A DNA stretch of 60,634 nucleotides, counting the filler, from Asterionella formosa (Eukaryota): the NCBI GenBank assembly GCA_002256025.1. It is 6 parts of 6 records of this genome, joined end to end, with 100 filler letters (N's around TTAATTAATTAA, not from the genome) between each part and the next. Parts side by side here need not be neighbours in the genome. Positions count along the whole stretch, not along the records: positions 10,139 to 20,173 come from NKIB01009956.1; positions 20,274 to 30,303 come from NKIB01009964.1; 4 more parts are not named here. One strand, written 5' to 3'. The notes under the pieces are model-generated. The model made no database searches. It worked only from the letters and a program-made list of their open reading frames with translations, and was not told the origin of the DNA. The translations under genes were made by a program, and so were the position numbers. The stretch's first letter is position 1. Each line of letters starts with the position of its first letter. Positions 13,201 through 25,540 of this stretch are shown here, piece by piece.

Positions 13201-14670
13201 ATGACAATAACGAGACAGTCAGCCCGAGGGGCGCCCATGCTGGTGACCTTGATACTTTGCTTTGGTGCATTGTTGTTGATACCGGCCAAAGCGCATGTAT
13301 GCCCTATCTCCGTCCTTCCAATCATGATGCGTCCTCTTGATGTACGCGGTGGATCAGAAGGAAACCAATCTAGAAAGAAGATGAAAAAGAAGAAACCAAC
13401 GTCAAAGAAAGTCATTGCAGAAGCCATGAAGGAAAAAGATGCTGCACAGGCGCTTGGTGATGCTATTCGGTACGTATCTGGCATGACATGCATCACTAAA
13501 CCGTAGTATTCACCTTTCATTGTATTGTTCATGAAACTAAGTCAATCACGCAATCACTTTCGTTTCAGCGAACGAGCCGACATTTTACGGGCGGAGAATC
13601 CTTTCTTAGACAATCCCCTTCTCCAAAAGGTTCACCAATCAGTTTCGTCTGTCGGGTGGGCTATGGGTACATCCGATACGGTAAAACAGGACGCTAATGA
13701 CAATGATGATGGCGGTGGTGTCGAGGCATCCAAGTCGAGTGTTTTGGCCAACTACTTTTTGAATTCTCACGGGGGTGCCCATGCCTTACAATCATTGTGC
13801 AGTTTGTTGGCCGTTTTGGCATCCGTGGGGTCCATGGTATTTCATACACATCGCTTAGTCTTGATGAAACGAGCCATGATGTTGGCCATGACTAAACATT
13901 TAAGTGGAGTATTAGCAGCCACAACTGCGGCTGCCAAGGCCATTCCAGAAGTGGGCTTGCGCAAAGCAAAAGTTTGGATGGAAGAAGTTGCGTTGGATCC
14001 TGTATCGCAATATGTCTTTTATACGGCTTTGATGCTGTTGTGGTTGCCATCTTCAGCATCATCGACTAACACACTGTGGTGGTGGAATAAGGTACCCACA
14101 TTTTGTTTTGTGGGTCCCATTTTGTTGCGAGAATTCATTTCAATGGCTTTTGTAGTGTCCGATATTTTGGTCTTGTCATCATCGACGAGTGACAGCCCCT
14201 TATCTGGGATCCTTCGACTGACACAATCGACAGTGAATGCCATGTTATCTCTATTGGTTACTCCTAGAATATGGCGACAAGCCACTGCTTCCGAACGCCA
14301 AGCTATTTTAGCAAAACTTACTTCTCGAATCTCCCTGGTTTTGGAAGTACTGGTGGGTGTTGTATTGGTAATGGATGGGATGGTTTCCATTTGGGAATTT
14401 TCCATTCACTCTCCTCGACCACCTCTCTTGTTGGTACTGAAACGATGTATGTGTGCACGATTATATGTGAATTTCTTGTGGGCCCGACGAAAAAAAATTA
14501 CGAAACTAGCAAGTACTATTCGTGGTGGAGCAAGTGAATTCCCACTTTTTGTCATGGATCTCTTGTTGCACCCAGCCGCATCCATGGGATTGGACTTGAC
14601 ACCACCATCCACAAAAGGAGATTGTTCTTGGAAGGATTATGCGGTCATGGCGTTGGATTTGGATGATTGA
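13201..14670 (+). CDS. Signal-peptide-bearing multi-pass membrane protein, TMEM33/Pom33-like C-terminal region; intron 13470-13568
   Basis: Hydrophobic N-terminus LVTLILCFGALLLIPAKA, then DVRGG and a Lys-rich patch. The intron joins DAIR|ERAD in frame. ALDPVSQYVFYTALMLLW..GPILLRE..LEVLVG..YVNFLWAR resembles TMEM33. The family call and start codon are tentative. Confidence 0.6.
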
Positions 14671-14970
14671 ATGGCTCAAAATGAAGCCGACCCAAAGATT
14701 GGCATAATATAAACATGAATAGGTGATCCAAGAAATAATAAGCATTACAACGTCAAAAGTCGAGCTACTCTATACTTTACAGAATCTAGAATTAAATAAT
14801 GTGATAACCATCATGATGCTTAGTCATTGCCTTGTTCTTCATATTTTGCTAGTCCACTATTACTCCAAGACGACTCGATTGTTCGATGTTCTTTCCATTT
14901 ACTCTGATCATTGCCGCGTATGCAGATCGTGCTGGTCGACTATATTTCATCCTTTGTTTGTAGCTCTTTT

Positions 14971-16353
14971 CTATTCTTGATTTTTTTCTCGATGAAGAAT
15001 TCGAATTCCATGTAGTGCCGCTTGAAGTACGAGTGAGGATGCAATAACTACGACACTTATTGATCCCATGCCACCACCCTGGATTGCTGTGACAACGACT
15101 TTTGCAACCCAAGATCCAAAGCGCGGAAGTAACGGAGCCACTACCATCCCAGCGGCCCCACCCACTGCTGCAGAGATTCGACGACGATGTTGGATCGACT
15201 GTTCGAGGTGAGGATTATCCTCGAGGAGAGTTTGTAGCCTTATTTTAGGATCGACAACAATATGCTCTTGTGTTTGCTGCTTATTTTTGTGTGTGGACAA
15301 TGTAGAGGCCTTTGAAATGTATTGAAATGTCGATTGTGCTTTCAAGGTAGGGGCCTGTAGTGTATAGCCCATGGTTCCTTCATCCTTATTTAGTTTCCTC
15401 GAATCGTCGTCTGGAGACAAGTTCGCAACAGGCATATTTATAGCCATTGTGGTTGTTTCTGAAGTGATGGAGGGTTCAACCTCAAGATCCACCCTCATTC
15501 TGGTCCGTTGTTCCAGCGCCATTCCTTTCCATTCCTCAACAAGCCCAAGACGCCAAGGATTGATACCCACGCATGCAAGTCCAAACACTGCCAACATGAC
15601 AACTACCACAGTCCCACAATTGCCTTTTGGAGTCTTGGAGGGCAGCACTGGAGGGCTTGTCGTTGCTGTTAAGCGACTCATAATTCCTCCACCGGCCTGT
15701 ACATTTGTTTCTAGAGCACGACTTTTTTCCAACGGAATTCTTCCTTCGCCTTCGTCCAAAAGTTTCGTCGATGGAGATTCGAAAAGGGAAAGGACAGACA
15801 AGGTCCGGTCGCGTGCACGAGATCGGGCTGCACACCCCTGCAAATGTTGCAAGGTCTGCATCCCTGCCACAACCCCCTTGTAGCACTGTACTATTTCGGC
15901 ATAGGTGAGCACTTCGTCGTGGTCCACGGACGGCTTGTTCGTCAAGGTTTTGAGGACCATCATAAACTGCCGATCCGTGGTCATGAATTCGGTAGATTTC
16001 TGCTGATGCTCCATCATTTGGTCCAAGGCCTGCTGCAATTGAATGTACGTCACGCCTCGTTGCATATCCGGAACAGTCATACTTCGTTCCAATGGAGCAC
16101 TACTCAGTGCTTCCAAACGCATCAAAAGGGGTTTTACATGAGCCATTGTCGCCATATCTTCTGCTTCTTGCTGTCGCACCATTGTTTCGTATCGAAGTAA
16201 GTAGGCAATGGCCTGCCGATCCACAACTTGTTCGTTGGATGATTCCAACGGCTGTTCAGCAAAGTATTCGTCGTCCTCGTCTTCATCAGTGGTGCTGTGA
16301 ACAAGATCAGGGTTGGCCAAGTCATATGGACTCTCCCGATGAAAGGCCGTCAT
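14971..16353 (-). CDS. Hypothetical protein (460 aa) with three hydrophobic segments
   Basis: Long ATG-initiated ORF with an acidic N-terminus and TM-like stretches (VVVVMLAVFGLACVGI; ISAAVGGAAGMVVAPLL; ISVVVIASSLVLQAAL). No family recognised. Confidence 0.7.
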   Translation of the reverse strand: MTAFHRESPYDLANPDLVHSTTDEDEDDEYFAEQPLESSNEQVVDRQAIAYLLRYETMVRQQEAEDMATMAHVKPLLMRLEALSSAPLERSMTVPDMQRGVTYIQLQQALDQMMEHQQKSTEFMTTDRQFMMVLKTLTNKPSVDHDEVLTYAEIVQCYKGVVAGMQTLQHLQGCAARSRARDRTLSVLSLFESPSTKLLDEGEGRIPLEKSRALETNVQAGGGIMSRLTATTSPPVLPSKTPKGNCGTVVVVMLAVFGLACVGINPWRLGLVEEWKGMALEQRTRMRVDLEVEPSITSETTTMAINMPVANLSPDDDSRKLNKDEGTMGYTLQAPTLKAQSTFQYISKASTLSTHKNKQQTQEHIVVDPKIRLQTLLEDNPHLEQSIQHRRRISAAVGGAAGMVVAPLLPRFGSWVAKVVVTAIQGGGMGSISVVVIASSLVLQAALHGIRILHREKNQE

Positions 16354-17099
16354 AGTGAGTGAGCGATTGGTGGGATACGTTCTATTGCTAAGAATGGCGG
16401 CCGCGATTGTTCGAAATAAATGCCGGTAGAATGGTTTGAAATAATGGGTTTCTGTACTACCGGTATATGTGTGTATTGTTCTTTGTTTTGTTTTTCCGAC
16501 GTTAGCTTTGCAAAATTCAATTTGAACTCTATGTATGATTCATACTATTTTGGAGGTCGCCATCGGCCAATAACATACACCAATACGGCATAAGGCAAGT
16601 CTCGTTATTAGCAGATGATGTTTCACATCAGCAAGTGGACCAATGAAAACGACCCCTACACCTATTTGAATATTCTACACCTTTACTGATACCGCATGAC
16701 CTTTCCAATATGAACAATGACGTCATACATTAACTGCCATTTTTGCATCCTTCAACAGCCAACCACTACCCGGTAGTACCTACTGTCATGTTGGGTAATT
16801 GCAGGTAAAAATAACTGCAATTTTGCGGTCATTTTGCTTAAACAAACAATTACCTATTATTGGATAAAGACAGCTAAATTCTTAGTTCACCACAATTACC
16901 TCAACTTGCTGTGCCAGTAAACCTACTACTGGTAGAACCCGACAACCCGACCATATTAATGTGCAGAACCTACGATGCCATTAGTGAAGGATGCGCCTCG
17001 GAGAGATTTGATTCTGTTGGTAATTTTTTCACAATTGTGACAAAGCTATGGAAAGCGACTTTTCAATATGCCAACTAATGCCTGTGTGCTCCAAGATCA

Positions 17100-17580
17100 C
17101 ACAACACCTTTCTCATCATCATTGAACATCTCATCCCATGGGAGGTTTGTTCTGTCTGGTTTACTATAAGCCCCAACCAGCCAGCAATGCTGTATTTTCA
17201 TACCATGATGTGGAATCTCAAAGAATTGTATCTGGGTTGTTGGAGAGGAAATAAATTGTTTGATAGTAAATGGGAGAAATTTCCAGAATTCAGTTATTGT
17301 GAGCACTCCCTGGTGGCCAAAACGAGTAAATGTTGAAAATCCATTTGGCAATACATGATGAAATGAAAAATCTGATGGAAGATTAGTACTAGTTGAACAA
17401 GGAGATAGCCTACTTGAGGTGCCAATTCAGTAGATGGATCATTTTGGGTGCTTGATGGCAAGAGAATAGGTCTTGGGGGTCTGAGCGAAATCTAGGAGAA
17501 TAAGGGGGAAATAGAAGTGATAGAATGGGAGGGGAAGGTCATTGGAGGAGGAATAGAAGTTCATTTGAAGAAGGATCTAT
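17100..17580 (-). pseudogene. Possible highly decayed LINE remnant
   Basis: TITEFWKFLPFTIKQFI resembles TISEYLKFLPACELYYL of the contig-1 LINE, with a P/S-rich sequence before it. Weak support. Confidence 0.3.
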
Positions 17581-17604
17581 AGTAAGTAGCTTGCATAGTA
17601 TGTA

Positions 17605-17666
17605 GGGTAATGGCTTAGTGGTTAGCACACCTTCAGCAGTGGCAGGTTCAATTCCTGCATTCTCCA
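17605..17666 (+). repeat. tRNA-derived (SINE-head-like) element, copy 1
   Basis: A-box TGGCTTAGTGG; perfect T-arm GCAGG-TTCAATT-CCTGC; 3' acceptor-like ATTCTCCA; anticodon arm collapsed; T-run a few nt downstream. Confidence 0.6.
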
Positions 17667-18697
17667 CCTGTCTTTTTCATGTAGTCCCTAGGGTTCCAGG
17701 GGGTGCAGCTGACAAAAAGGCAGGTCCCATTGTACTGTATGGATGAATAAAACTGGTACTAATTTATGTCCATTTATTTTGGCATAAGTGCAATTATTGG
17801 ATAGCTTTAACATACCATAACATATAGTTGAAATTTTAGTTTGCATAGTACTGTGTAGGCAAAACAGGTTTTCTCAGGGGGGAGGTAAAGGGCAGATTTG
17901 GATTAGTTTTGCTGTGGAGGGACCAGCAGGTCTAGCAGAGCAAGTTAAGAAATTGAGGAGGAGTTGGCAGACGAGAGCTGATGTGTCGAAAATTGACATT
18001 GTGAATGAAAAGGGTGTCAGTAGCAGCGCTATTACACACTTGATCTAATATATAAAATAGGAGTGAACTAAAACAGTTTTGACAACTGGCATAATTTATT
18101 TTAGATACCCACTACTAATTTAGTTGAAATCAGCTGAACATTCAATTGCTTGGTGCTATACATACCTGCTACCCCTAATGTTGTTTTGCTACTACCAATA
18201 ATCGAGAAGGTCTACCAAATGATGCCTTAATAATTGTCATCATTGCTCAAAATAAACAATGATGGTCATTGGGTTGCTTCTGAATAATTATTCCCAATAA
18301 ATGATTAGCTTAATTAATAAGAAAGCATGTATGTAAGCTTGTCGATGTAGCCATATGCACGGCACACTTTTCCAGTTGCTATTGTTGTTTTCCCAACAAC
18401 CAGGTAATAAATGAACTCACTGCTGCTGCTCGCGTCATGGAATGATGCATGATATGTTATGTGTATTTATATGTCAATTTCACGTGAACTTCCCCAACAT
18501 TTCTGTTTGAGGCAAAGAATGGAAGTAGGTCCCACCCAAGGATGAATCAAAATCGGCGTCAGTATTCGCAATCGACCACACAACAACTCATACAGCATCT
18601 GACAGTGTTTATACACACAATGCTTCCGTTTTTGGAAAGAGTATAGATATTGATGCCGAGGCACTGTCAAGTGACCTCGTGCTGTAGTTATGTGGTC

Positions 18698-19633
18698 CTA
18701 TTCATTGGCTTTCACTACTGCCGCTGTCGCTGCTTGCAACAATGCCCTTCTGGCAGCTCGTTCTTCTGGAGTCGCATGTTCACGAAGGGCTTGACTTGCC
18801 TTGCGACGAGCCACAAGGTTCGTCACGATATACCACTTGTTCGTCGCATCCAATTTCAAAAAGCGACCACCATAAGAATGAACATAATTGACCAAGCATT
18901 GCGACAAATCCGTTTTTTCATTCTTGGGAGATGACTTGTACCATTGCTGCAAGTTTCCGACTTCATCTCGATAGCGTTTGTTGCCTCGGTGATGATTGGA
19001 CCGCCCACCGCGACCCAACAACACGTCCAATTCGGTTGGGTGTTCCACATAAACCAAGACGTGAGGTTCCTTTTTGCGACGTGCACCACCTCGTTGTTGT
19101 TTCTTTTGCTGTTGTGCCTGAACAATCGATCGTTCAATGGCTTGTTGGATCGACCAGTCCAAGGATGCATTACCCGTTTGAACGTCCAACGACGAGGACA
19201 CCAAATCCAGCGACGTGCCAGCCAAGACTGCATCGGTACTGGTAGAGTGGGGCGTCAACACCGCCGAAGCAGGACGAAGCACCTCGGCATTGTTTTGAGA
19301 GGCGGAGCCATTCGCAAAGACCACTCCAAACATTGTATTGTATTCCTTGTCCCAATCCGTAATGGGGACGGGGGGACGAGCTTTGGGCCGCCCTTCTGAT
19401 TCCAAGAGGGCCGGGACCTTGTCGTGTTCTTCATTCTCGGAATCTGATTCTTCCTCGGCAAAGACGCGCACCTGGTTGATATCGATCTCGACATGAGACT
19501 GAGTGTATTCTGCCACCCAGTCCTTCGATGTGAGCATGTCCATGGTCGTAGACTTGAGTGGACGCTTCCTCGAACTTTCGTCAGAGCTCATGGGGACGAC
19601 TGGATTGTTGCTGGCCGATGTAGTGAACGCCAC
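18698..19633 (-). CDS. DUF6824-domain protein (diatom-expanded family)
   Basis: PTELDVLLGRGGRSNHHRGNKRYR..EK..LVNYVHSYGGRFLK..WY..ARRKASQALRE. First in-frame ATG is at 19591, but a pyrimidine tract plus AG near 19641 suggests an upstream exon. Confidence 0.85.
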   Translation of the reverse strand: MAFTTSASNNPVVPMSSDESSRKRPLKSTTMDMLTSKDWVAEYTQSHVEIDINQVRVFAEEESDSENEEHDKVPALLESEGRPKARPPVPITDWDKEYNTMFGVVFANGSASQNNAEVLRPASAVLTPHSTSTDAVLAGTSLDLVSSSLDVQTGNASLDWSIQQAIERSIVQAQQQKKQQRGGARRKKEPHVLVYVEHPTELDVLLGRGGRSNHHRGNKRYRDEVGNLQQWYKSSPKNEKTDLSQCLVNYVHSYGGRFLKLDATNKWYIVTNLVARRKASQALREHATPEERAARRALLQAATAAVVKANE

Positions 19634-20173
19634 TACGCACTTTTAGGAGAGAAAGAAGAACGTCGTTGACCAGGTACCGAGGCAACGGTGGCCATGCAGG
19701 GAAAATTACTCATCATCAGTACCTGGTACCAGGTACCAGGTTCAAGCGAGGTACTGGTACCCGGTACTGTATTCCGGTATGTAGATATAGTACGTCTGAC
19801 AATCGAACAAAATATGCCAGGTAGTTGCTTATGGCTGCGAGAAGAATGTGAAAGAAGTCGTGGAAAGTGTCAGTGCAAACAACCACCAAACGGGTGCAAA
19901 CGGCTGATGGCTGTGTGCCTTTTTGGTGATACTCCGATTGCCCGTATGTATACTCCTTCCTCCAATACACGTACAACCGTACCCGTATTTAGTTTACTAC
20001 CGTGCTGGTAGTCCTACTGTACTCCGTACAGAGCAGTTTATACGATCGGTATCAGGTGTTGCTCATGCATACCAGGACATAAATCGGCCTATTATATGCT
20101 CTGTCCATGGCGAAATCCAGAGGATGCATGAGCGACGACCCAAGAATGAAATACCGCATGCGTGGATTGCACA

Positions 20174-20273
20174 NNNNNNNNNNNNNNNNNNNNNNNNNNN
20201 NNNNNNNNNNNNNNNNNTTAATTAATTAANNNNNNNNNNNNNNNNNNNNNNNNNNNNNNNNNNNNNNNNNNNN
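20174..20273. other. Artificial contig-joining linker
   Basis: N44-TTAATTAATTAA-N44. Confidence 0.98.
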
Positions 20274-20910
20274 CTTTCAGGTGATTGAGGAGATTTGTCC
20301 AACCACCACTCTTCTTCTTATACTGAAGGCATTTCTTGCATTTCCAAATTGGTGGCAGCCCATCTTCCGTTGTGTCATGGAAGAAGAAGGAGATCATAGC
20401 CTTCTGGCTCACCTGCGTAGGACTTAAAAGCGCCATTTTACGATGCAGCAGATGACGAGATTAATATAATTTGTGATTATTTTATTTTGCAGCATTTCCA
20501 GGCTGCGCGCTAGCTTTGACATGATGTACCCAAATTTTAGGTTGCTGTATTTTCACATGGAGCACTACCGGTAGTCGTAAATGATAAGACTTTTGATACG
20601 CTATGTCGCCTACGGGCATTTTTTTGTATAGACAAAATGAACTGCTAGTTTCGCTGCCTACCAAATTTTTCGACTACTCCACATTCGTTCTAGACATACA
20701 TGTGCAATTTTTGAAGCAGAGTATCTACGATGCCAGTATACTGCGAGCCTGCAAAAGTATTTTTTAGGCCTGCAGTTATATACCAGTATACTGCAGCCAA
20801 TGGCTGAACAGTATGGTTTTTCGAAACCACCGAAACAGTATACTGGTATACTGATCCAGCAAATCCCGGGGAGTTCTTATTCAATACTGCAGTATACTGC
20901 CAACCCAGTA
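20274..20910 (-). mobile_element. 5' end of a hAT-like DNA transposon: BED zinc-finger ORF start (20436 running to the contig edge) plus subterminal repeats
   Basis: FFF..WKCKKC..KKKSGGWTNLLNHL is a BED finger. Palindrome CAGTATACTG at 20734, 20784, 20836 and 20890. Putative terminus CTGGGTTGGCAG (minus strand) near 20908. Confidence 0.65.
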
Positions 20911-21960
20911 CCGGTAAGTAATCACCGACCTATGGTCAGGAGTACTGCTCCGTGTGTACCAGGTACCTGGTACCAGAGTTGTGGTGTGACTAAAATCTTA
21001 GCTATTTTTATCAAATATTTATTTAAGCCAAATGACCGCACCTTGCATGTACCCTGGCACCTGGTACCAGGTACCAGTCCACTCCTCGTCATGATTCCGA
21101 TAGGAGGTTTCCCATTTCATTGGTACCAGGCTGGTACAGAATTTACCAGTACTCTACGTGCCTGAGATCGTGTAAAACAAAGACTCGGGGTTCAACCAGC
21201 CAGATATACCTTGCTACCGGTATCATGTAAGCTATCATATCCGTACCGGTATGTAAGCTGCGGAAAATGAGAAATTTAGCTTATTTTTCTTTATAGTACC
21301 AACTCCATTCTGTACAATTTACTGTAACGCAGTAGCAAGCATTGTCCTTCGAACGGTTCGCATTTCATTTATTACGCTTCTCATCATGCCAATTACGTCA
21401 GTAATAAAATCCGTCATGGCTCAGAAACGAGTAAAACAGAGGTCGTACAGAGAACACACAGAACAGTTCGGGAAGGCAGATTTCTGATAATATTTTGCAA
21501 GATGCACAAAATCACTTGTACACTCCTACTACGTAAGGTACAGAACGCATTATATTTAGGCACCCCTTCATCTATAATAACTATGAGATCATATTCCCAT
21601 GATCTCTACATATATACTTAAACCGACGCAAACATCTGAAACATCGACCAATCAGCCTTTTTCGTTAAAACCTTCTGTCATCTGTTTTGAAAGTTGATGG
21701 GAAAGGTGTCAAGGAGTCAGCCTGAAAAACGCACGCCCAATCAAGCCTCTCTGCCAATGCAGAACTGTGTTACAGATACAACAGTTGACTTCACGACAAT
21801 GGCGCAACTAAACATATCTGCCAAACCACGGGTATCCGAAACAAATCGGGACTCTCCGCCTCAGAATATCACGAGCGATCGTCGTTTCATGCTGATGCAA
21901 CCCATTAAGCCCCGAGATACCGCCACCGGTAAGATTTCTAAACTACAAGCCGTCGTGGGC

Positions 21961-22100
21961 GCGGGCGGCCGGGGGGGGGGGGGGGGTGGGGGGGGGGGGT
22001 GGGGGGGGGCGGGGGGGGGGGGGGGGTGGGGGGGGGNNNNNNNNNNCCCCCCACCCGAAAAAATAAAAAAAACCCCCCCCCCCCCCCCCCCCCCCCCCCC
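21961..22100. other. Low-quality G/C homopolymer sequence around a 10-N gap (22037-22046)
   Basis: Long poly-G then poly-C runs flanking Ns, typical of read-end artefacts. Confidence 0.85.
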
Positions 22101-22253
22101 TCAAATTTCGGTCCAAAGCTACTTTTGGATTCCAACGAACATGCGATTGAAGGAACCTGTTCGTTTGATTGTTCTCATGAATTTCTCGTGACTCACATTA
22201 CCCATCGCCTCTTTCGGCACCTCATAGATTCTGATCATTATCAACTTACGGCT

Positions 22254-23684
22254 ATGAATCCAGAAGAAACATCAACATGCCCCCAAAATGCAATTCTTGT
22301 TCCGCAGTGCCACACTTTGAAGGCTTCCCCTATTGCCAGGCACAGGAGAGTGATCTTTCCTACCTTGTATGAGGACAGTGATTCCGGAGTCAAACCGACG
22401 ACCGAGTCTAGTGATGCGACACTTCTTCCGACGACGCATAGAAGAGTGCCCTCGTTGGATTCTTACGATCGAAATGACATGAATTCTTTAATTCCTTGTT
22501 CGCCTATGCCAAAAGCTAAGCCATGTCATAGACTAGAAAAGACTGTCGATGGCGTTCCAATTTTTCCGAAATTCCTCATCCCCTCCTTTGTACCTCGAAA
22601 AAGGACCACATCACTTTCAGAACCCGTAACTCTCTCTAGTGAAAAGAGACCAGATCCACTATGTATTCACAGAAGCAACAGCGATACTGCCAGCGATCAA
22701 ATTTCACCAGTTAGTTTTAAGCCACCACGACTTTCAATTTTTCCACGACAGAAACCAAAGGTCCTTGAACCGATCTTGAGACATAAAAAACATCCTCTCT
22801 CCAAGAGCGAGGTCAACAGCGAAGAATCCATTCCGTCGCTAGCATCGTCTGCTGCAAGTGAGGACGAATGTCACGACTTTTTGAAACATCAAGTTTGTCG
22901 ACACGCTTTAGGTCGCTCGGCTCGATTCGCCACTAGAGCAGTTTGTTTTGATCCTCGAGTGTGGATAAGGGAATTTGAGCGATCCAAGGAAGAGAGGGCA
23001 TGTACATGGTACTCGTCAGTGGATATGGATCGTTTCAAGAGAGCTGCAATTGATAGAGTCTATCAACTTGGTAATACTGAGCTAGTTCCCACGGGTACTG
23101 GTCGACTAGTTCGGCGGCCAATCCCGAAGTGCAAAGCTCTATTTACGAATCCAGCGCTTACTTTGGACGGAGAAGACGATGATGACGAGATTTCCATTCA
23201 GCGACTAAGCAAAACTGAAATGAAGAGCGTATTGATCGTGGACCCTCATGACATCTGCTTGAAACTCTTTAGTAAAGCGATCAAGTCATTGCTGCCACAC
23301 ATTGAGATAACAACAGCCCGGTCCAGTGACGAAGCCACAAAGCGCATGATGGAACATAAGCGTTTTGACATGGTGATCGTCGAAGAACGCCTTGGACTTT
23401 TTCATGGCAAAGGGGATCAAAAGAATGTATCTGGATCTGCCTTGATTCAACTCCTAGCATCTCAAGGAGGAAGCAGTTCAGAAGGAGGAGGCTGTGGGAC
23501 TCTTTGGATTGCAGTCTCTGCTCATTTTCAGAAAGACGAAGAACGAATGAGTGCTTCAGGAGCAGACTTTATGTGGGCTAAGCCTCCTCCTAATCTGAAC
23601 GTTGAAATGCGGAATAAGTTGTTAAAGGCCTTGTTGATAAAACGAGGCAAGGAGCAGACTGCCCTCACATACTTTGGTGTTTGA
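22254..23684 (+). CDS. Protein with disordered N-terminus, RVxF-like/WYS motif and a C-terminal atypical receiver (REC) domain
   Basis: First reliable ATG is 22254 (MNPEETS). SVLIVDPHD..ITTARSSDEA..FDMVIVEERL..SGSALIQLL..IAVSAH..GADFMWAKPP follows the CheY-like pattern. Confidence 0.75.
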   Translation: MNPEETSTCPQNAILVPQCHTLKASPIARHRRVIFPTLYEDSDSGVKPTTESSDATLLPTTHRRVPSLDSYDRNDMNSLIPCSPMPKAKPCHRLEKTVDGVPIFPKFLIPSFVPRKRTTSLSEPVTLSSEKRPDPLCIHRSNSDTASDQISPVSFKPPRLSIFPRQKPKVLEPILRHKKHPLSKSEVNSEESIPSLASSAASEDECHDFLKHQVCRHALGRSARFATRAVCFDPRVWIREFERSKEERACTWYSSVDMDRFKRAAIDRVYQLGNTELVPTGTGRLVRRPIPKCKALFTNPALTLDGEDDDDEISIQRLSKTEMKSVLIVDPHDICLKLFSKAIKSLLPHIEITTARSSDEATKRMMEHKRFDMVIVEERLGLFHGKGDQKNVSGSALIQLLASQGGSSSEGGGCGTLWIAVSAHFQKDEERMSASGADFMWAKPPPNLNVEMRNKLLKALLIKRGKEQTALTYFGV

Positions 23685-24615
23685 CGACGGACACGCAAAG
23701 TGTCAGTCACATGTATCAATAAATTGATCAAGGAATCTGTAAATGCTGTATGCATCCCATTAATCGAAAATGCACACACTGCGAATTATGCTATCAATTG
23801 GAAATTAATTTACGAATTTCCTTGTTTACATTATGATAGATCAGCTGGCTACTTGCGTGAGTCATATTTGATGAAAAACCAATTGTCCAAACATCTCTCT
23901 GTATGGGGAGTGATCTGAACTACCGGTACTAGAATCTGCCTACTTACAAACCACAGGTTCTTCATGAATTGAGCTTCATGCACTTGATTTCACATTGCTG
24001 GAGACTTGGGTTTTTTCTTGATGCCCTCTTAAATCCGGACCATTCCAGTGCAAAGGAGCAGAAGGATTGTAGAGGAGCTCATCCAAAGTTTTTTGGATAT
24101 CTATTACAGACTAGACATAGGGACAAGCTTCTGGTAGACTGTAGCTCACTTCTACCCAGGCTATATACAGTGTGTGGCTTGTTTCTGTAATACATACCAG
24201 TACATACTTCGTTTTCAAATATTTAGTGGATTGTAATGTGCATGGAACAAATGCTGGTTCAAACAGTTCCATTCTCCTATGAGAGGATAATTGTTGTATT
24301 CGACTACTGACACTCCTCCTGGTGTCACTATTAATTTTCCTGCCTTCCCTAATTTTTCTACCATGCTGTGAAGGAAAATGTGATGATATGCACCATATTC
24401 CTCTTGTACAGGATTTTGGGTAGCCTTCATGTACGAAAGTGTTCTTGTGTGTTTTCCTCCTCATGGAAGCCTTGACATGCAGCAATTGCATCCTTTTTCT
24501 TTATACTATCTCTTGACCCCGCCCCCTTGTGCTTGCTCAGTCGTACTACCAAGCTAGCAAGACATGAAAAAGGATTTTGATATCATTGATGCCATCAGTG
24601 ACCTCTGTTCTTAAT

Positions 24616-24684
24616 GAGAGAATGGCTTAGTTGGTTAGCACACTTTGCTTCCGAGGTTGCGGGTTCGATTCCTGCATTCTTACA
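24616..24684 (+). repeat. tRNA-derived (SINE-head-like) element, copy 2
   Basis: GAGAGAATGGCTTAGTTGGTTAGCA...AGGTTGCGGGTTCGATTCCTGCATTCTTACA. Consensus A and B boxes and a paired T-stem; no proper anticodon stem. Confidence 0.65.
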
Positions 24685-25540
24685 TGGATTTAATCAATAT
24701 GCATTACTATCATGATGTCATATGCACTCCCTCTGTTATGGTATGCCAAGTTGCAACCAAACTTTATGGCTTGGCCAATCATGAAGCACAAGCTCCGATA
24801 ATTCTCTGGATAACAGCCCCTATAATATTTTAAAAAATTCCGAATCGAATGGTGCATATAATATATGTTCTAAGTAGTCTAGAATTAGGTGAACCTGACA
24901 TCGATTTCTTTGTTTTCGCGCCTTTTTCGTAGAATTGCGCCCCGTTTGGAATGTTTGCTCTGGAACCCCCTTTTTTTCTTTGACCCTTTGTTAGCTAGTC
25001 AATAGCCTAAGCATAAGAAGAAGGCCACTAATGAAGAAAACACATCGTCGATTGCTCGTTTTGCAACCTAAAAGGGAGGCTGATGAGACTGTTGACGTGC
25101 ATAGTAGCCATCTTGTCATAAATCTGGGCATGCAACAAACCCAGCACTTAACTTTAGCTACCGGTATACTATTCAATGACGATAGAACGAAATATTTCAT
25201 GTCCAGAAATGCAGGCTCATTTGCTTATTTAGCTTTATCTAATTGGTAGTAAACTCCGATATTACACACACATAAACAGGTCAGTATGCTGGCCAGCAAC
25301 GCAATCAATAGCCCTACTAAATAATCCACATGAATTGCTCTTTAGCGTTATACTCGCCTAAATTTATTAATCTAGCTGATGCATTTGTTGTCTGCATTGT
25401 CTTGTGTAGAAAATACATAATGCTTCTAGCTACAGAGGCCTTCTTTTAAGGATGTGGATCGAGCAGCAGCCAGGCCAATTAAAAGAATTGTTGCAACTAT
25501 ACCACCAGAACAGAGGGAGAACGCTTTACCAGCACTATAG

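Noticed and set aside
21961..22100. Poly-G/poly-C tract as a G-quadruplex or poly-Gly/Pro coding region
   Set aside because: It flanks an N gap and looks like a low-quality read end, so the 561-aa ORF's N-terminus is unreliable.
24616..24684. Functional tRNA gene
   Set aside because: The anticodon arm is too short and unpaired, and the acceptor stem has mismatches. Reported as a tRNA-derived repeat instead.
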